Assembly (NCBI GenBank): GCA_003009755.1
Contig: PXUB01000030.1
Coordinates: forward strand, 36,638 to 100,637
Direction of reading: 5' to 3'
Origin: Thermoplasmatales archaeon SW_10_69_26
GTDB taxonomy: Archaea > Thermoplasmatota > SW-10-69-26
Length of the DNA: 64,000 nucleotides
Both the position numbers and the translations under genes were made by a program. Below, piece after piece: positions 47,101 to 55,795 of this stretch. A model generated the notes under the pieces. The model saw only the letters and a program-made list of their open reading frames with translations. It searched no databases and was not told the origin of the DNA. Within the stretch, counting starts at the first letter, position 1; each line of letters opens with the position of its first letter.

Positions 47101-47402
47101 TCGATCAGCTCGAGCAGCTCACCCTGCGAGCGCGGGAGCACGACGGCGCCCGGCGTGCGCTTCACGAGCGCGTCGACGGAGCCCGGGTAGGACACCGAGT
47201 CCTCGGCGTAGGCTTCGCAGACGACCGGGTCGCTGCTCGCGTAGGTGCGCTCGTCCCGGACCGCGGCGCGGTGCTCGCCCTCGCGGACCCGGTTGAACAT
47301 CCAAAGCAGCTCGTTCTCCTGGCCTTCGGTCAACCCCTCCTGGAGGGGCGAGTATCGACGGGCGGCCTTGAGCGGGTGCATCAGCAGGTCCAGGAGCTTC
47401 AT
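44184..47402 (-). CDS. GlcD-like FAD oxidoreductase fused to a Cys-depleted GlcF/CCG-like region and a C-terminal 2Fe-2S ferredoxin
   Basis: PRGGGTS..GG, STVGG, G.QGSTGFVTE and MNPGK; C-terminal CRAGSCVSC...LTC. Confidence 0.85.
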   Translation of the reverse strand: MKLLDLLMHPLKAARRYSPLQEGLTEGQENELLWMFNRVREGEHRAAVRDERTYASSDPVVCEAYAEDSVSYPGSVDALVKRTPGAVVLPRSQGELLELIEFARNNQIPVVPRGGGTSVHGGAVPVEGGIVADMRGFDDVLEVDEDAMQARVRAGLTWADLDEKLAEHGLRARAEPIEAPYSTVGGALAMGKAGFGSYTSGSIRDNVVEAEVLSTSLDLENRRGEGLDLTEGCQGSTGFVTEVELRLEERTDTHPTAAAFDSIAGAESYIGGLPHDGIRHVHILGPRHVDLKMEPETARALPKDSYVVIHTIEDEKAEELVPDLEARVDTLDGEWVEEDKASWEWERRYQQRNFQRYGPSLLVAKAKCSREDLTEAWQAGMEAVEAREWSIWAIASGPDEFTLVLNVLGDRRLPSWPLAWGNRLAFLDAVKSAGGSAVAPGLLTPGEGKDVLGKDRVERLSSWKTANDPENIMNPGKVLAAGVKGIPFIPTSAAVVPGNLMLKSARAQYDHRRGSSMEPSNRALNSVYGRRLSKRLGSLTDGVQRCSRQGHTNRTGELHRGISFEQERPRSIVRAVRFDTQLPRGVVASARAIIEGNEPTEQMVSHALSLPAVPTYEDNSQNGTPILGTIEAVREAGQAACGLDPRVQDVVDDLEETDNVLGEDPETRGDWLPSAVPSGVDTTTLLVTGDQAAFDRTDDALSVFNAFQNAGFGFTTLGEDEVHLGTVPYRLGAFAEASQQTSQLIDEAMDLLDGERPSTLVTLSSEDADVLRRRLDDLLADTDHEGYSPRILTATEVTASLAKAGRLTFQGQGDDQDAEADDEDAAGDEDSEADQDADEESEDADGGDEDEEGFETIEATILHSPFAKDSERAALEDLAEFLPDVEAEVADIGDTLIPDRAYALVNPNQTEALTTKAQTELSGTVLVGCTDLAYVLDDAGVDVVTVHDLVAERMETREGGVDLADVDVGGEEEFEEFDIPDDAHRVELVKQNAAIPVYEDESILDAAERHGFDDLPFDCRAGSCVSCSAKWEGAAPDQSEGQVLSDEEQEDYVLTCIAKPEGDVKIWSGEQP

Positions 47403-47503
47403 CGGGGCCCTCGCGAGCGCAAGCCACTCGGTGTATTAAAGCCTCGGTGGCGTGGGGGAGGACATGCTGGGGCCCGCTGGGCCCCGGTCGGATCGTGATC
47501 GCC

Positions 47504-48649
47504 CTACCGTGGGAGGCCGGGCGGCCGTAGGGGAACCGGGCTCTGCTGGGGCAGTTGGCCGTTCTCGATCAGCGGCCACGTCTTGAGCTCGAGCTCCAGG
47601 CGGGTGTGGTTCTCCGCGAACGCGACGGCCTTCATCATGGGGACGAGGCCGTTCTCCGCGGGTGCCCCGCCGAGCGAGGTGTTGCCCGAGGTGAAGTTGG
47701 GGGTTATCTCGAGGGTCTTCACGAGGCCGATGGCGTGCCCCTCGTGGTCGATCACGGGGCTGCCGGAGTCGGCGGGGATGGCCGTCGTGTTGAAGCGGGC
47801 GAAGTGCTGCCACGGCGTCCGCTCGGCCAGGTATCCCTCGCGGGGATCGAGGTTGTCGGGAGGGGTCCCGCGGACGGCAGGGTCCGGCTCGCGGAAGGAC
47901 GAGTTGCCGTAGCTCATCACCTTCATCTCGGGAGCTGGAGCCTCGCCAAGGTCGGTCGGGCCGCCGAAGTGCTCCATCGCGGGGTGGACGAGGTCGCGGG
48001 CCTCCTCCGGGATCCGCACGAGGGCGAAGTCGTTCCGGTCGGTCCGTTGCTCGTCCTCGTAGCCGTGGCGTTCGGCGGTGGCGAAGCTGTTGTACGCCAG
48101 CGTCCCCTCGGCGATGCCGCCGCCGATCGACACGGGATCGCCGGCCTGCAGGCCGGCGTCGTCGAAACAATGCGCGGCCGTGCCCAGGTACAGCGTCCGG
48201 TTGTCCGAGCTCGAGAACAAGAAGTTCGCGGTGCATCCCCACGCACCGACCGCCACGGGTCGCGTCGGAGGGCCGATGCCGACGCCCGGCCGGATCCGGG
48301 CCTCTTCGATCGGAGGCCAGCCGGGATCGTAGCGACCGTCGGTCGTGGTCTCCTCTCCGGACGCGGTCCGGTTCCCCTCGGCCGTCGCGTTCGTCGCCTC
48401 GTCGTCGGACCCCGTGCCGTTCGGCCCCCGGTCCTCGGTGGTCTCGCCTTCATCGGATCGGTTGGCCTCGTTCCCGGCGGACCCGTTGCCGGTGTCGTTG
48501 GCGGGGGGCTGCAAGCCGGTGGCGTTGCCCGGCTCGGTGGAGGTCTCGCCGGCGGGCGAAAGCTCTTCGCCGCCCGCCAGGCAGCCGGCGGCCGCCGCCG
48601 CAAGCAGCAACGGGGTCGCGAGGAGCAGGATCCTGCGTGGATCGGCCAT
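47504..48649 (-). CDS. Lipoprotein S1 (chymotrypsin-fold) serine protease
   Basis: AAAGC lipobox; CTANF, TAAHC, DFALV and ADSGSP motifs. Confidence 0.85.
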   Translation of the reverse strand: MADPRRILLLATPLLLAAAAAGCLAGGEELSPAGETSTEPGNATGLQPPANDTGNGSAGNEANRSDEGETTEDRGPNGTGSDDEATNATAEGNRTASGEETTTDGRYDPGWPPIEEARIRPGVGIGPPTRPVAVGAWGCTANFLFSSSDNRTLYLGTAAHCFDDAGLQAGDPVSIGGGIAEGTLAYNSFATAERHGYEDEQRTDRNDFALVRIPEEARDLVHPAMEHFGGPTDLGEAPAPEMKVMSYGNSSFREPDPAVRGTPPDNLDPREGYLAERTPWQHFARFNTTAIPADSGSPVIDHEGHAIGLVKTLEITPNFTSGNTSLGGAPAENGLVPMMKAVAFAENHTRLELELKTWPLIENGQLPQQSPVPLRPPGLPR

Positions 48650-49059
48650 CGCGGATCGATGCGGCTGGGCGCGGGAAAGCCTGGTGGCCACGTCGGCAAA
48701 ACTCGCCGCCTAGACTGCCGGACGTTATCTGCGTGCCTCTCGCCGTCCTCAGGAGGTCGAAAGCTATGAGCCAAGACGACGGAATGCCGGAGGCATTTCG
48801 AGGTCGACGGCGACGACGCTTGCGGGAGCGGCGAGGGCGTTCCCGTCGGCGTCGGCCTGCTGAGGGCGGCCCCTCGGGCGGCGGCCTGAGCGGCCAATCT
48901 CATCGTCGGCCTGCATCGGGAACCCGCAGAGGGGTTCCCTGCTTCGGCCTCCTTGACCTTGCCTCGCCCCCTCGCACGGGCTTGCGCCCCTACTCTCGGA
49001 AGACCGTGGCCGGTCTCCCGAGACCGCCGCGAGATGGTAGGCACATCGAGTCCGGCAGG

Positions 49060-50067
49060 CTAGGTTTCCAGGTAGGGCATCAGGCTCTCGAGCCCCTCGA
49101 TGCCGTGCACCGGGCCCATCGCGGGCACGACCGCGACCGGGCCCGAGCGCTCCTGCAGGCGAGCGATGCCGTCCATGTGGACGCGAGCCAGGCGCGCATA
49201 GTGGTCGAGCAGCGCGCGCTCGTCGCCCTCGGCCTCGCCGTCCTCCAGCGGTGGGTACACGCGGTTGGCGATCGCGAAGTTCGTCGACAGGCCGATCTCG
49301 CTCACCCGCTCGTGCAGGTCGATCGCCTCGGAGACCGAGCCCTCGTCGGCCATCGACACCAGTCCCAGCCCGGTGCGGGACTCGTCGCCGAGCAACCGCT
49401 CCATGCGGTCGACCCGGTCCTCCATCTCGTAGAACATCTCCTCGAACTGGATCATGAACTCGGACAAGGCCTCGAGGTAGTCCTCGCTCGTCCAACGGGA
49501 GAGGAACTTGGCGATGCGGCCGCCGGCGGCGGAGAAGATCTTGCTCGGTTGGAAGGCGATCTTGGTGAAGCCGGACTCGAACACGCGCTTGAGCCGCCGG
49601 TTGACGGTGAGGAAGTCGATGCCGTGCTGGGCGGGCGGCGTGTCGACGATGATCAGATCGTAGTCGTGGCGGACGTGGTACTCGTGCAGCAGGCCCATCG
49701 CCGCGAACTCCTCGCTGCCGACGAGCGCGCTCGACAGCTGCTGGTAGAAGGGCGAGTCGAGGATGCGCTCGAGCCGGTCGGGCGAGGGGGCATACCGGGT
49801 CACCATCTCGTCGAGGGCCTTCTTCGTGTCCACCATGACCGCGTCCAAGCCGTCGCGCACGTGACTGATCTCGTGGCCCAGCTCGAGGCCGAGCGCGGTC
49901 GCCAGCCGCTTGGCGGGATCGATCGTGACGACGAGCGTGTCCTGATCCGAGCTGGCCATCACGCCCAGCGTCGCCGACAGCGTCGTCTTGCCGACGCCGC
50001 CGGGACCGAGCACGGCCACGACCTCGCGTCGGTCCAGCGTGCGCTGCAGGGCGCGGTTGGCGTTCAC
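49060..50067 (-). CDS. ArsA/Get3-family ATPase, subunit 2
   Basis: GPGGVGKTT, TIDPAKRLA, DTPP and ANRV motifs; GTGA overlap with the upstream gene. Confidence 0.9.
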   Translation of the reverse strand: MNANRALQRTLDRREVVAVLGPGGVGKTTLSATLGVMASSDQDTLVVTIDPAKRLATALGLELGHEISHVRDGLDAVMVDTKKALDEMVTRYAPSPDRLERILDSPFYQQLSSALVGSEEFAAMGLLHEYHVRHDYDLIIVDTPPAQHGIDFLTVNRRLKRVFESGFTKIAFQPSKIFSAAGGRIAKFLSRWTSEDYLEALSEFMIQFEEMFYEMEDRVDRMERLLGDESRTGLGLVSMADEGSVSEAIDLHERVSEIGLSTNFAIANRVYPPLEDGEAEGDERALLDHYARLARVHMDGIARLQERSGPVAVVPAMGPVHGIEGLESLMPYLET

Positions 50068-50924
50068 GGGAACCCCTCCACGAACGTCGAGACCTCCTCG
50101 GCCAGGTCCGGCCGCCCGGGCAGGCTGGGGACGACGCGGCAGGGGACCTCGCGGCTCTCGAGCTCGTCGAGCCAGCGCTCGGCCTCCTCGCGCTCGGCCG
50201 CCAGCAGGGACAAGGCGTCCTCGGGCCCGATCGAGCCGACCGTGGGCCCGTCGCCGGCGCGGGTCGAGGACCGCGGCGAGGGCTTGGGCCGGGGCCCCAG
50301 CTTGCCGACGTCGAAGGGGATCGGCGGCGGCATGCGGTTCAAGATCACGCCCGACACCGGGAAGCCCTCGCGTTGCAGGTTGTCGGCCAGCTCCATCGTC
50401 TCGCGCGCCGGCAGCTCCTCGGGGAGGGCCACGAGCACGATCTCGGTGTGCTCGGGATCGGTCAGCATGTCGTCCACGTCGGCCAGCCGCTGGGAGACCT
50501 TGCCGGTCGTGACGCGCTCGAGCTTGCGGGGAGCCTGCAGGAAGTGCAGGCCGTGGCCGGTGGCGGGACCGTCGACGACGACGCGGTCGTTGCGGCGCGC
50601 CAGGAAGTCGTACAGGTGGTTCAGCACCGCCGCCTCCTTGATGCCCGGCGCGATCTCGAGGAACGACTCGAAGGCGGGATGGCCGGTGACCATCCGGGTC
50701 AAGGGGCCAAGCGGCACCAGGCTTTGCACCTGCTCGTGCAGCAGCGCCTCGGGGTCCAGCACCTGGACCGAGAGGTTGTGCACCCGCTCGTCGGGGACCT
50801 GGGTGGAGGGCTGGGTGTGCAACAGCGCCGTGGACCGCTCCTCGGCGAGGTTCAACGCGAGGGCGCGTCCGATCGTGGTCCGACCGGTGCCGCCCTTCCC
50901 CAGCAGGATCGTGACCCGCGCCAC
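50064..50924 (-). CDS. ArsA/Get3-family ATPase, subunit 1
   Basis: GKGGTGRTT, APGIKE, DGPATGH and LPEELP..ET motifs. Confidence 0.88.
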   Translation of the reverse strand: MARVTILLGKGGTGRTTIGRALALNLAEERSTALLHTQPSTQVPDERVHNLSVQVLDPEALLHEQVQSLVPLGPLTRMVTGHPAFESFLEIAPGIKEAAVLNHLYDFLARRNDRVVVDGPATGHGLHFLQAPRKLERVTTGKVSQRLADVDDMLTDPEHTEIVLVALPEELPARETMELADNLQREGFPVSGVILNRMPPPIPFDVGKLGPRPKPSPRSSTRAGDGPTVGSIGPEDALSLLAAEREEAERWLDELESREVPCRVVPSLPGRPDLAEEVSTFVEGFP

Positions 50925-51329
50925 GAGCCAGCAACCGAGAAGGTCCTCTTCAGTTCCCGGGTGAACGGGGAAGAAACCAAACGGAGGACGGCCGGGGCAA
51001 CCGGTCCCAGAGGGACGCCGACGGTGGCAGCTGGGCGTATCGATGGAGGCGGCGACGATCCCCCAGGCCCCCGGCAGCGGGGCATGCCCGCCGCCAGCTC
51101 ACCCGGCCGCGCTCCCGGGAGGCTCTGGCGGTCCGCCGCTGGTCTCCTCCATCCGCTTCCGTCATCGTTCTCCCCCGCCCTTCCGCCGTCCCCTCTGAGG
51201 CTGTGGTCGCTGCCCGTCCCTTCCCCCTCTGTGGTATCCGATCTGGCTGTTCGTCTCTGTGGTCGGGTTCGCCACTCTGCGCCCTCCCTCCGCGCAACGT
51301 TTCATGAACCCCGACGTCTTGCGGTCGCC

Positions 51330-51992
51330 GTGGACCTGGCGGGTCTCAGCCGGCGGCTGCGTGACACGCGCCTGCTGATCGGGGTCGTCCTCGTCAACCT
51401 CGTCGGGATCGCGTACGGGTTCGTCTACTACGTGCCGCAGTTCGCCCTCACGCCGGGGCTCCTGTGGCCGCTGGTGCCCGACAGCCCCATGGCGGTCCTG
51501 TTGATGACGGTCGGCTTGGCGTTCGTGCTCGCCGGGCGCTGGCGCCCCTGGGTGAACCTGCTGGGCGCAGCCGCCATGGCCAAGGTCGGCCTCTGGACCG
51601 CCTTCGTGCTGCTGGCGTTCCCCGAGCACTTCGGCTTCTCGCTGTTGCCCGATCTCGGCTGCGAGACCGGGCTCCTCGGATGCGGGAACCTGAACACGGT
51701 CCTGTTCTACAGCCACCTGGGCATGGCCTTGGAGGCGCTGGTCGTCGCCGACCTGCTGCCCCGGGAGCCCGGCGGGTTCCTGGCGGTGGGCGGCCTGCTC
51801 GTGGCCCACGATATCCTCGACTACGCCTGGCCGGCCGACCACGTCGGCCGCGGCTGCGAGGGGATCTTCCCGCACACGGTCCCGTGCACGAACGTCGAGC
51901 TCACCTTCGCCGTCACGGTCGGGCTCACCCTGGCCACGATGGCCGGCCTGTGGTGGATGAGCCGGTGGGCGAGCTCGCCGGTCGAGCCCTAG
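51330..51992 (+). CDS. DUF1405-family membrane protein
   Basis: NLVG..YGF.YY..Q, VPDSP, K.GLWT, SHLGM and DILDY motifs. Confidence 0.82.
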   Translation: MDLAGLSRRLRDTRLLIGVVLVNLVGIAYGFVYYVPQFALTPGLLWPLVPDSPMAVLLMTVGLAFVLAGRWRPWVNLLGAAAMAKVGLWTAFVLLAFPEHFGFSLLPDLGCETGLLGCGNLNTVLFYSHLGMALEALVVADLLPREPGGFLAVGGLLVAHDILDYAWPADHVGRGCEGIFPHTVPCTNVELTFAVTVGLTLATMAGLWWMSRWASSPVEP

Positions 51993-52816
51993 GCCTCGAT
52001 CGCGGGCACGTCGGCCCCGCCGGCTCGCCACAGCCGCCAGGCCGCCACCGGAAGGGCGGCGGCCTTGAGCACGGGTTCGACGAGATCGAACCAATGCCGT
52101 TCGAGCTGGGGGATGTCCTGGCTCAACCGGTCGGCCAGCCGACGGTTCGACAGGTAAGCCATGGCGCCGCCGACGTTGTAATCGAACTGCTTGCCGGCCA
52201 CGGCCCGGTAGGTGTCGAGCCGCGTCAGGTCGTGGTGGACCCAGGCCTCCTCGACGAGCGTGCCCTCGAAGCCAGCCCGCGCCGCGCGCAGGGCCAGATC
52301 CCAGTCCTCGCCACCCATCGCCAGCCGCTCGTCGAAGCCGTCCACGTCGGCGAACACGCGCCGATGCCAGGCGCTGTTGCCCATCGGGATGCGGGTCGGG
52401 TCCTCGCGCGCGGCCGCGTACAATCGGCGCTCCTTGAGCGCCATCAGATCCAGCTCGGTCTCGGGCCGCGTGGGGCCGCCGGCCCAGTCGGCCTCGCCCG
52501 CTTCGACCGGGGCCACGAGCGCCGACAGCCACCCCTCGGGCGCGCGCTGGTCGGTGTCGAGGAACGCCAAGATATCGCCTTCGGCGGCCTGCAGGGCGAG
52601 GTTGCGCGCGCGGGCCACGCTGGCGCCGGCCTCGTGCACGGTGCGGGCGCCGTGCTCGTCGGCCCAGCCTGCCAGCTTCTCGCGGAACTGCGGGTCGCGG
52701 CTGCCGTCGGCGATCACGATCTCGGCCGGGGGCCGGTCTTGCTCGCTCACGCTGGCCAGCGTCGACCGGATGCGAGGGTCCTCGTACTGGGTGAGGACGA
52801 GGCTCACCTCGCTCAT
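51989..52816 (-). CDS. GT2 glycosyltransferase
   Basis: ADGS, ARNLA, FLDTD and GGFDE-like/GEDWDL motifs. Confidence 0.9.
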   Translation of the reverse strand: MSEVSLVLTQYEDPRIRSTLASVSEQDRPPAEIVIADGSRDPQFREKLAGWADEHGARTVHEAGASVARARNLALQAAEGDILAFLDTDQRAPEGWLSALVAPVEAGEADWAGGPTRPETELDLMALKERRLYAAAREDPTRIPMGNSAWHRRVFADVDGFDERLAMGGEDWDLALRAARAGFEGTLVEEAWVHHDLTRLDTYRAVAGKQFDYNVGGAMAYLSNRRLADRLSQDIPQLERHWFDLVEPVLKAAALPVAAWRLWRAGGADVPAIEA

Positions 52817-53813
52817 CGCCGGGCCTCCCCAGCGACGTCGGCGTACAGCTGCTCGAAGCGGCCCACGATGCGCTCCCAGTCGTAGCGGTCCGCGATCGAC
52901 GGGTTCTCCTCGCCGTGACCGGCTCGCAGGGTCTCGATCGAGCGGGCCAAGCCCTCGGCGTCGTCGGCGACGAGCACCTGGGCCCCGGCGTCGACGAGCT
53001 CGGGGATGACGCCGACCTCGCGAGCCACGACCGGCAGCCCGCAAGCCATCGCCTCCAGGTAGACGAGCCCGAAGCCCTCGTTGGTGGAGGCGCTGGCGAA
53101 CACGTCGGCCGCGTGGTACAGCGAGCGCAGGTCCTCGCGCGGGATGCGGCCCAGCAGGTGCACGCGGTCGCCGAGGCCGTGCTCGCGGATGCGCTCCTCG
53201 ATGGCCCCGCGGTGGCCCTGGTCGCCGCCGGCGAGGGCGAGGTGGATGTCCTCGAGCTCGGCGAGCGCGTCGACGAGCGTCACCACGTCCTTGTGCTCCC
53301 ACAAGCCGCCGGCGAACACGGCGAGATCGGCCTCGGCCGGCAGCTCGTAGCGCTCGCGGACGTCGCCGGCCTCACCGTTGGCCCACCAGCCCGCGTCGAC
53401 GCCGTTCGGGATCCGCACGAGGTGGTCCCCGATCCCGTCGGCGAGGTTCAGGTCCCGGAGGTCACGTCGGTGAACTCCGTCGGGCAGTACACCCACCGCT
53501 GGGCCAGCTCGTCCGGGAACGGGAACAGGGCCAGGTGCGTGAACACCTTCGAGTGGTAGGTCATCACGACGTCCCAGCGGTCGTCGGCCAGCCCGTCCAT
53601 CACCCACCGACGGTAGGCCAGGGCGCCCCTCGGGGAGGCCTCGAACCCGTGCACGGGCACGCCCTCCACCGTGTCCCCTCGATCCCGGTGGGCGGAGGTG
53701 GCGACCTCGACCTCGTGGCCGCGCTCGGTCAGGCCCTCGGACAGCCGCCGGACGACGGCCTCCGAGCCCCCGGTGTCGGGCGGGTAGGCGTGCACGGTGT
53801 GCAGGATGCGCAC
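52813..53813 (-). pseudogene. GT4 glycosyltransferase with frame break near 53455
   Basis: RILHTVHAYPPDTGGSE in one frame; IPNGVD and EGFGLVYLEAMACGLPVV in another. Confidence 0.8.
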
Positions 53814-53919
53814 GCTCCCCCAAGCAGCGGGCAGGGCACATAAATTCAGCATCTTGGCCCCGCCGCTGCGCCCACCGGAAAAGGCCAGCTTTATGACCGC
53901 GCCTGGGGATGCCCCGCCG

Positions 53920-54969
53920 ATGGCGGACCCCCGGTCGGCGCTGCTTGGGCTTGTGCTGGTAACCGTGTCCCTCACGGGATGCATGGGCTTCGATCCCCCG
54001 CAGACCGGGTGCTCGGCCCAGCACGTCTACGCCGACCGGCTCGTCCTCAAGCAAGAGGGCCTCTACCGAGCGCTGGGCGAGGCCACCGATCGCGCCAACG
54101 CGACCGCCGACGCCAACTACGATCGCCAGCTGCAGGGCACCTGGAACGGGACCCGCGGCGTCGTCGAGGTCGTGCGCGTCGACGACCGCGTCCACGGCCA
54201 CTACGAAGCCTCGCCGGACGCCGACCCCTCCCTGCTCGTCCAGGATTCAGCGCTGGCCACCTACGGACCCTTGACGCTGGACCGCGTCGACTGGACCCCG
54301 ACCGACAGCGAGGACGGCACGATCACCGTCACCGCGCCGGCCTCCGCGGGCGGTTCGCACACGCTGGCGATGACGTTCGCGACGTCGAACACGACCGAGG
54401 AGGAGGCGGCCAGCTACGTCCGCACGCTGCACGAGGCCCTGTTCCCGCACCACGACTACGGGCCCCTGGACGATGGCTCGTTCTCGCGCGCCTGGCTGGG
54501 CACCTACGAGATCGCGCCGCCGGGCCCGGTGCACGGGGACGTGTTGCTCACCACGCTCATCGACGAGGGCCAGCTGCAGGCCCGTCAGGCCCCGTTCGCG
54601 GACCTCGTGTTCCCGCACACGCTCGGCACCGTCCACCTGCAGGGCGAGGACGTGGGCCCCTACGTCGGCACGATCGACGTCCGGCTGGCTCACGACGTCC
54701 GCGCCGTCGCCGTCGGCACCGAGCCGACCCTCGTGCTCGAGGCCACCCCCGGCGACCGCGGCTACGTCTCCAACCTCGGCTCGGCCGATCTCGGCGCCCA
54801 GCAGCTGCGCGAGACGGCCAACGAGACCTTCGCCACCATCGACGGGCTCCCCCAGCTCGAGCTGGACGACGCCGACTACGAGGATGGCGGCCAGGCCTCC
54901 GCGGGCGCCGACACCGATTGCACCCCGATGCAGGCGCTGGGCGAGCCGCTCACGACCGGGCCCAGCTGA
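53920..54969 (+). CDS. Hypothetical lipoprotein
   Basis: SLTGC lipobox; TTTATG box at 53890. Confidence 0.75.
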   Translation: MADPRSALLGLVLVTVSLTGCMGFDPPQTGCSAQHVYADRLVLKQEGLYRALGEATDRANATADANYDRQLQGTWNGTRGVVEVVRVDDRVHGHYEASPDADPSLLVQDSALATYGPLTLDRVDWTPTDSEDGTITVTAPASAGGSHTLAMTFATSNTTEEEAASYVRTLHEALFPHHDYGPLDDGSFSRAWLGTYEIAPPGPVHGDVLLTTLIDEGQLQARQAPFADLVFPHTLGTVHLQGEDVGPYVGTIDVRLAHDVRAVAVGTEPTLVLEATPGDRGYVSNLGSADLGAQQLRETANETFATIDGLPQLELDDADYEDGGQASAGADTDCTPMQALGEPLTTGPS

Positions 54970-55038
54970 CGAGGGGGAGCGCTCGCGGCGGGCCCAGACC
55001 GGTAAGCCTCTTCACGGCGAAACGTGTGCGCCGGCGCC

Positions 55039-55791
55039 GTGGCCACGCCGCGCACCCAGATGGACGTCGGCCAGGCGGTCGCCGCCTGGGAGAAGATCGC
55101 GCAAAGCTTCTCCGAGACGCGGAACCGTCCCTGGGACCAGGTCGTCGACTTCCTGGAGACGCTGCCCGAGGACGCCACGCTCGTCGACGTCGCCTGCGGG
55201 AACGGCCGCCACGGCGTCATCGCCCGCAAGATGGGCATGCGCGTCATCGGGGTCGACGCCTCGCTCGAGCTGGCCGACATCGCCCGCGAGCGCTTGGCCG
55301 AGGCCGGCGACAAGGACGCCTCGCAGGCCGACGCCGTCGGCGGCTCGGCCATGAACCTGCCGCTGGCCCGCAACAGCGTCGACCACGGCCTGTTCATCGC
55401 GGCCCTCCACAACATCCCCGGACGAGAAGGTCGCGTGCAGGCCCTGCGCGAGCTGCGGCGCGTGCTGCGACCGCGAGGGATGGCGCTCGTCAGCGTCTGG
55501 GCGCGCTGGCAGGATCGCTTCGCCGACCACTACGTCAAAGAGCTGCTCCGCCACGTGCCCCGCAAGCTGCGCTACGGGGACGAGGCGCCGGAGTTCGGCG
55601 ACATCCTGATCCCCTGGCAGGGCGACGAGATGCGCTTCTACCACCTGATGAGCCTGCGCGAGACGATCCTCACCTGCAAGCAGGCCGGCCTGTTCATCCG
55701 CGACGCCTGGAGCGAGAAGCTCGCCAGCCAGTGGCTGCCCGACAACCACTTCGTCGTCGTCGAGAAGCCGCAGAACGTCGACGGCGCGTGA
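55039..55791 (+). CDS. Class I SAM methyltransferase, Trm9/ALKBH8-like (putative tRNA wobble-U methyltransferase)
   Basis: IAQSFSETR..PW, DVACGNGR, IAALHNI, SVWA..Q, D.LIPW and RFYHL motifs. Confidence 0.78.
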   Translation: MATPRTQMDVGQAVAAWEKIAQSFSETRNRPWDQVVDFLETLPEDATLVDVACGNGRHGVIARKMGMRVIGVDASLELADIARERLAEAGDKDASQADAVGGSAMNLPLARNSVDHGLFIAALHNIPGREGRVQALRELRRVLRPRGMALVSVWARWQDRFADHYVKELLRHVPRKLRYGDEAPEFGDILIPWQGDEMRFYHLMSLRETILTCKQAGLFIRDAWSEKLASQWLPDNHFVVVEKPQNVDGA

Positions 55792-55795
55792 CCGG

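Noticed and set aside
49060-50924. Arsenic resistance operon
   Set aside because: No arsB, acr3, arsC, arsR or arsD, and no metalloid-binding Cys cluster.
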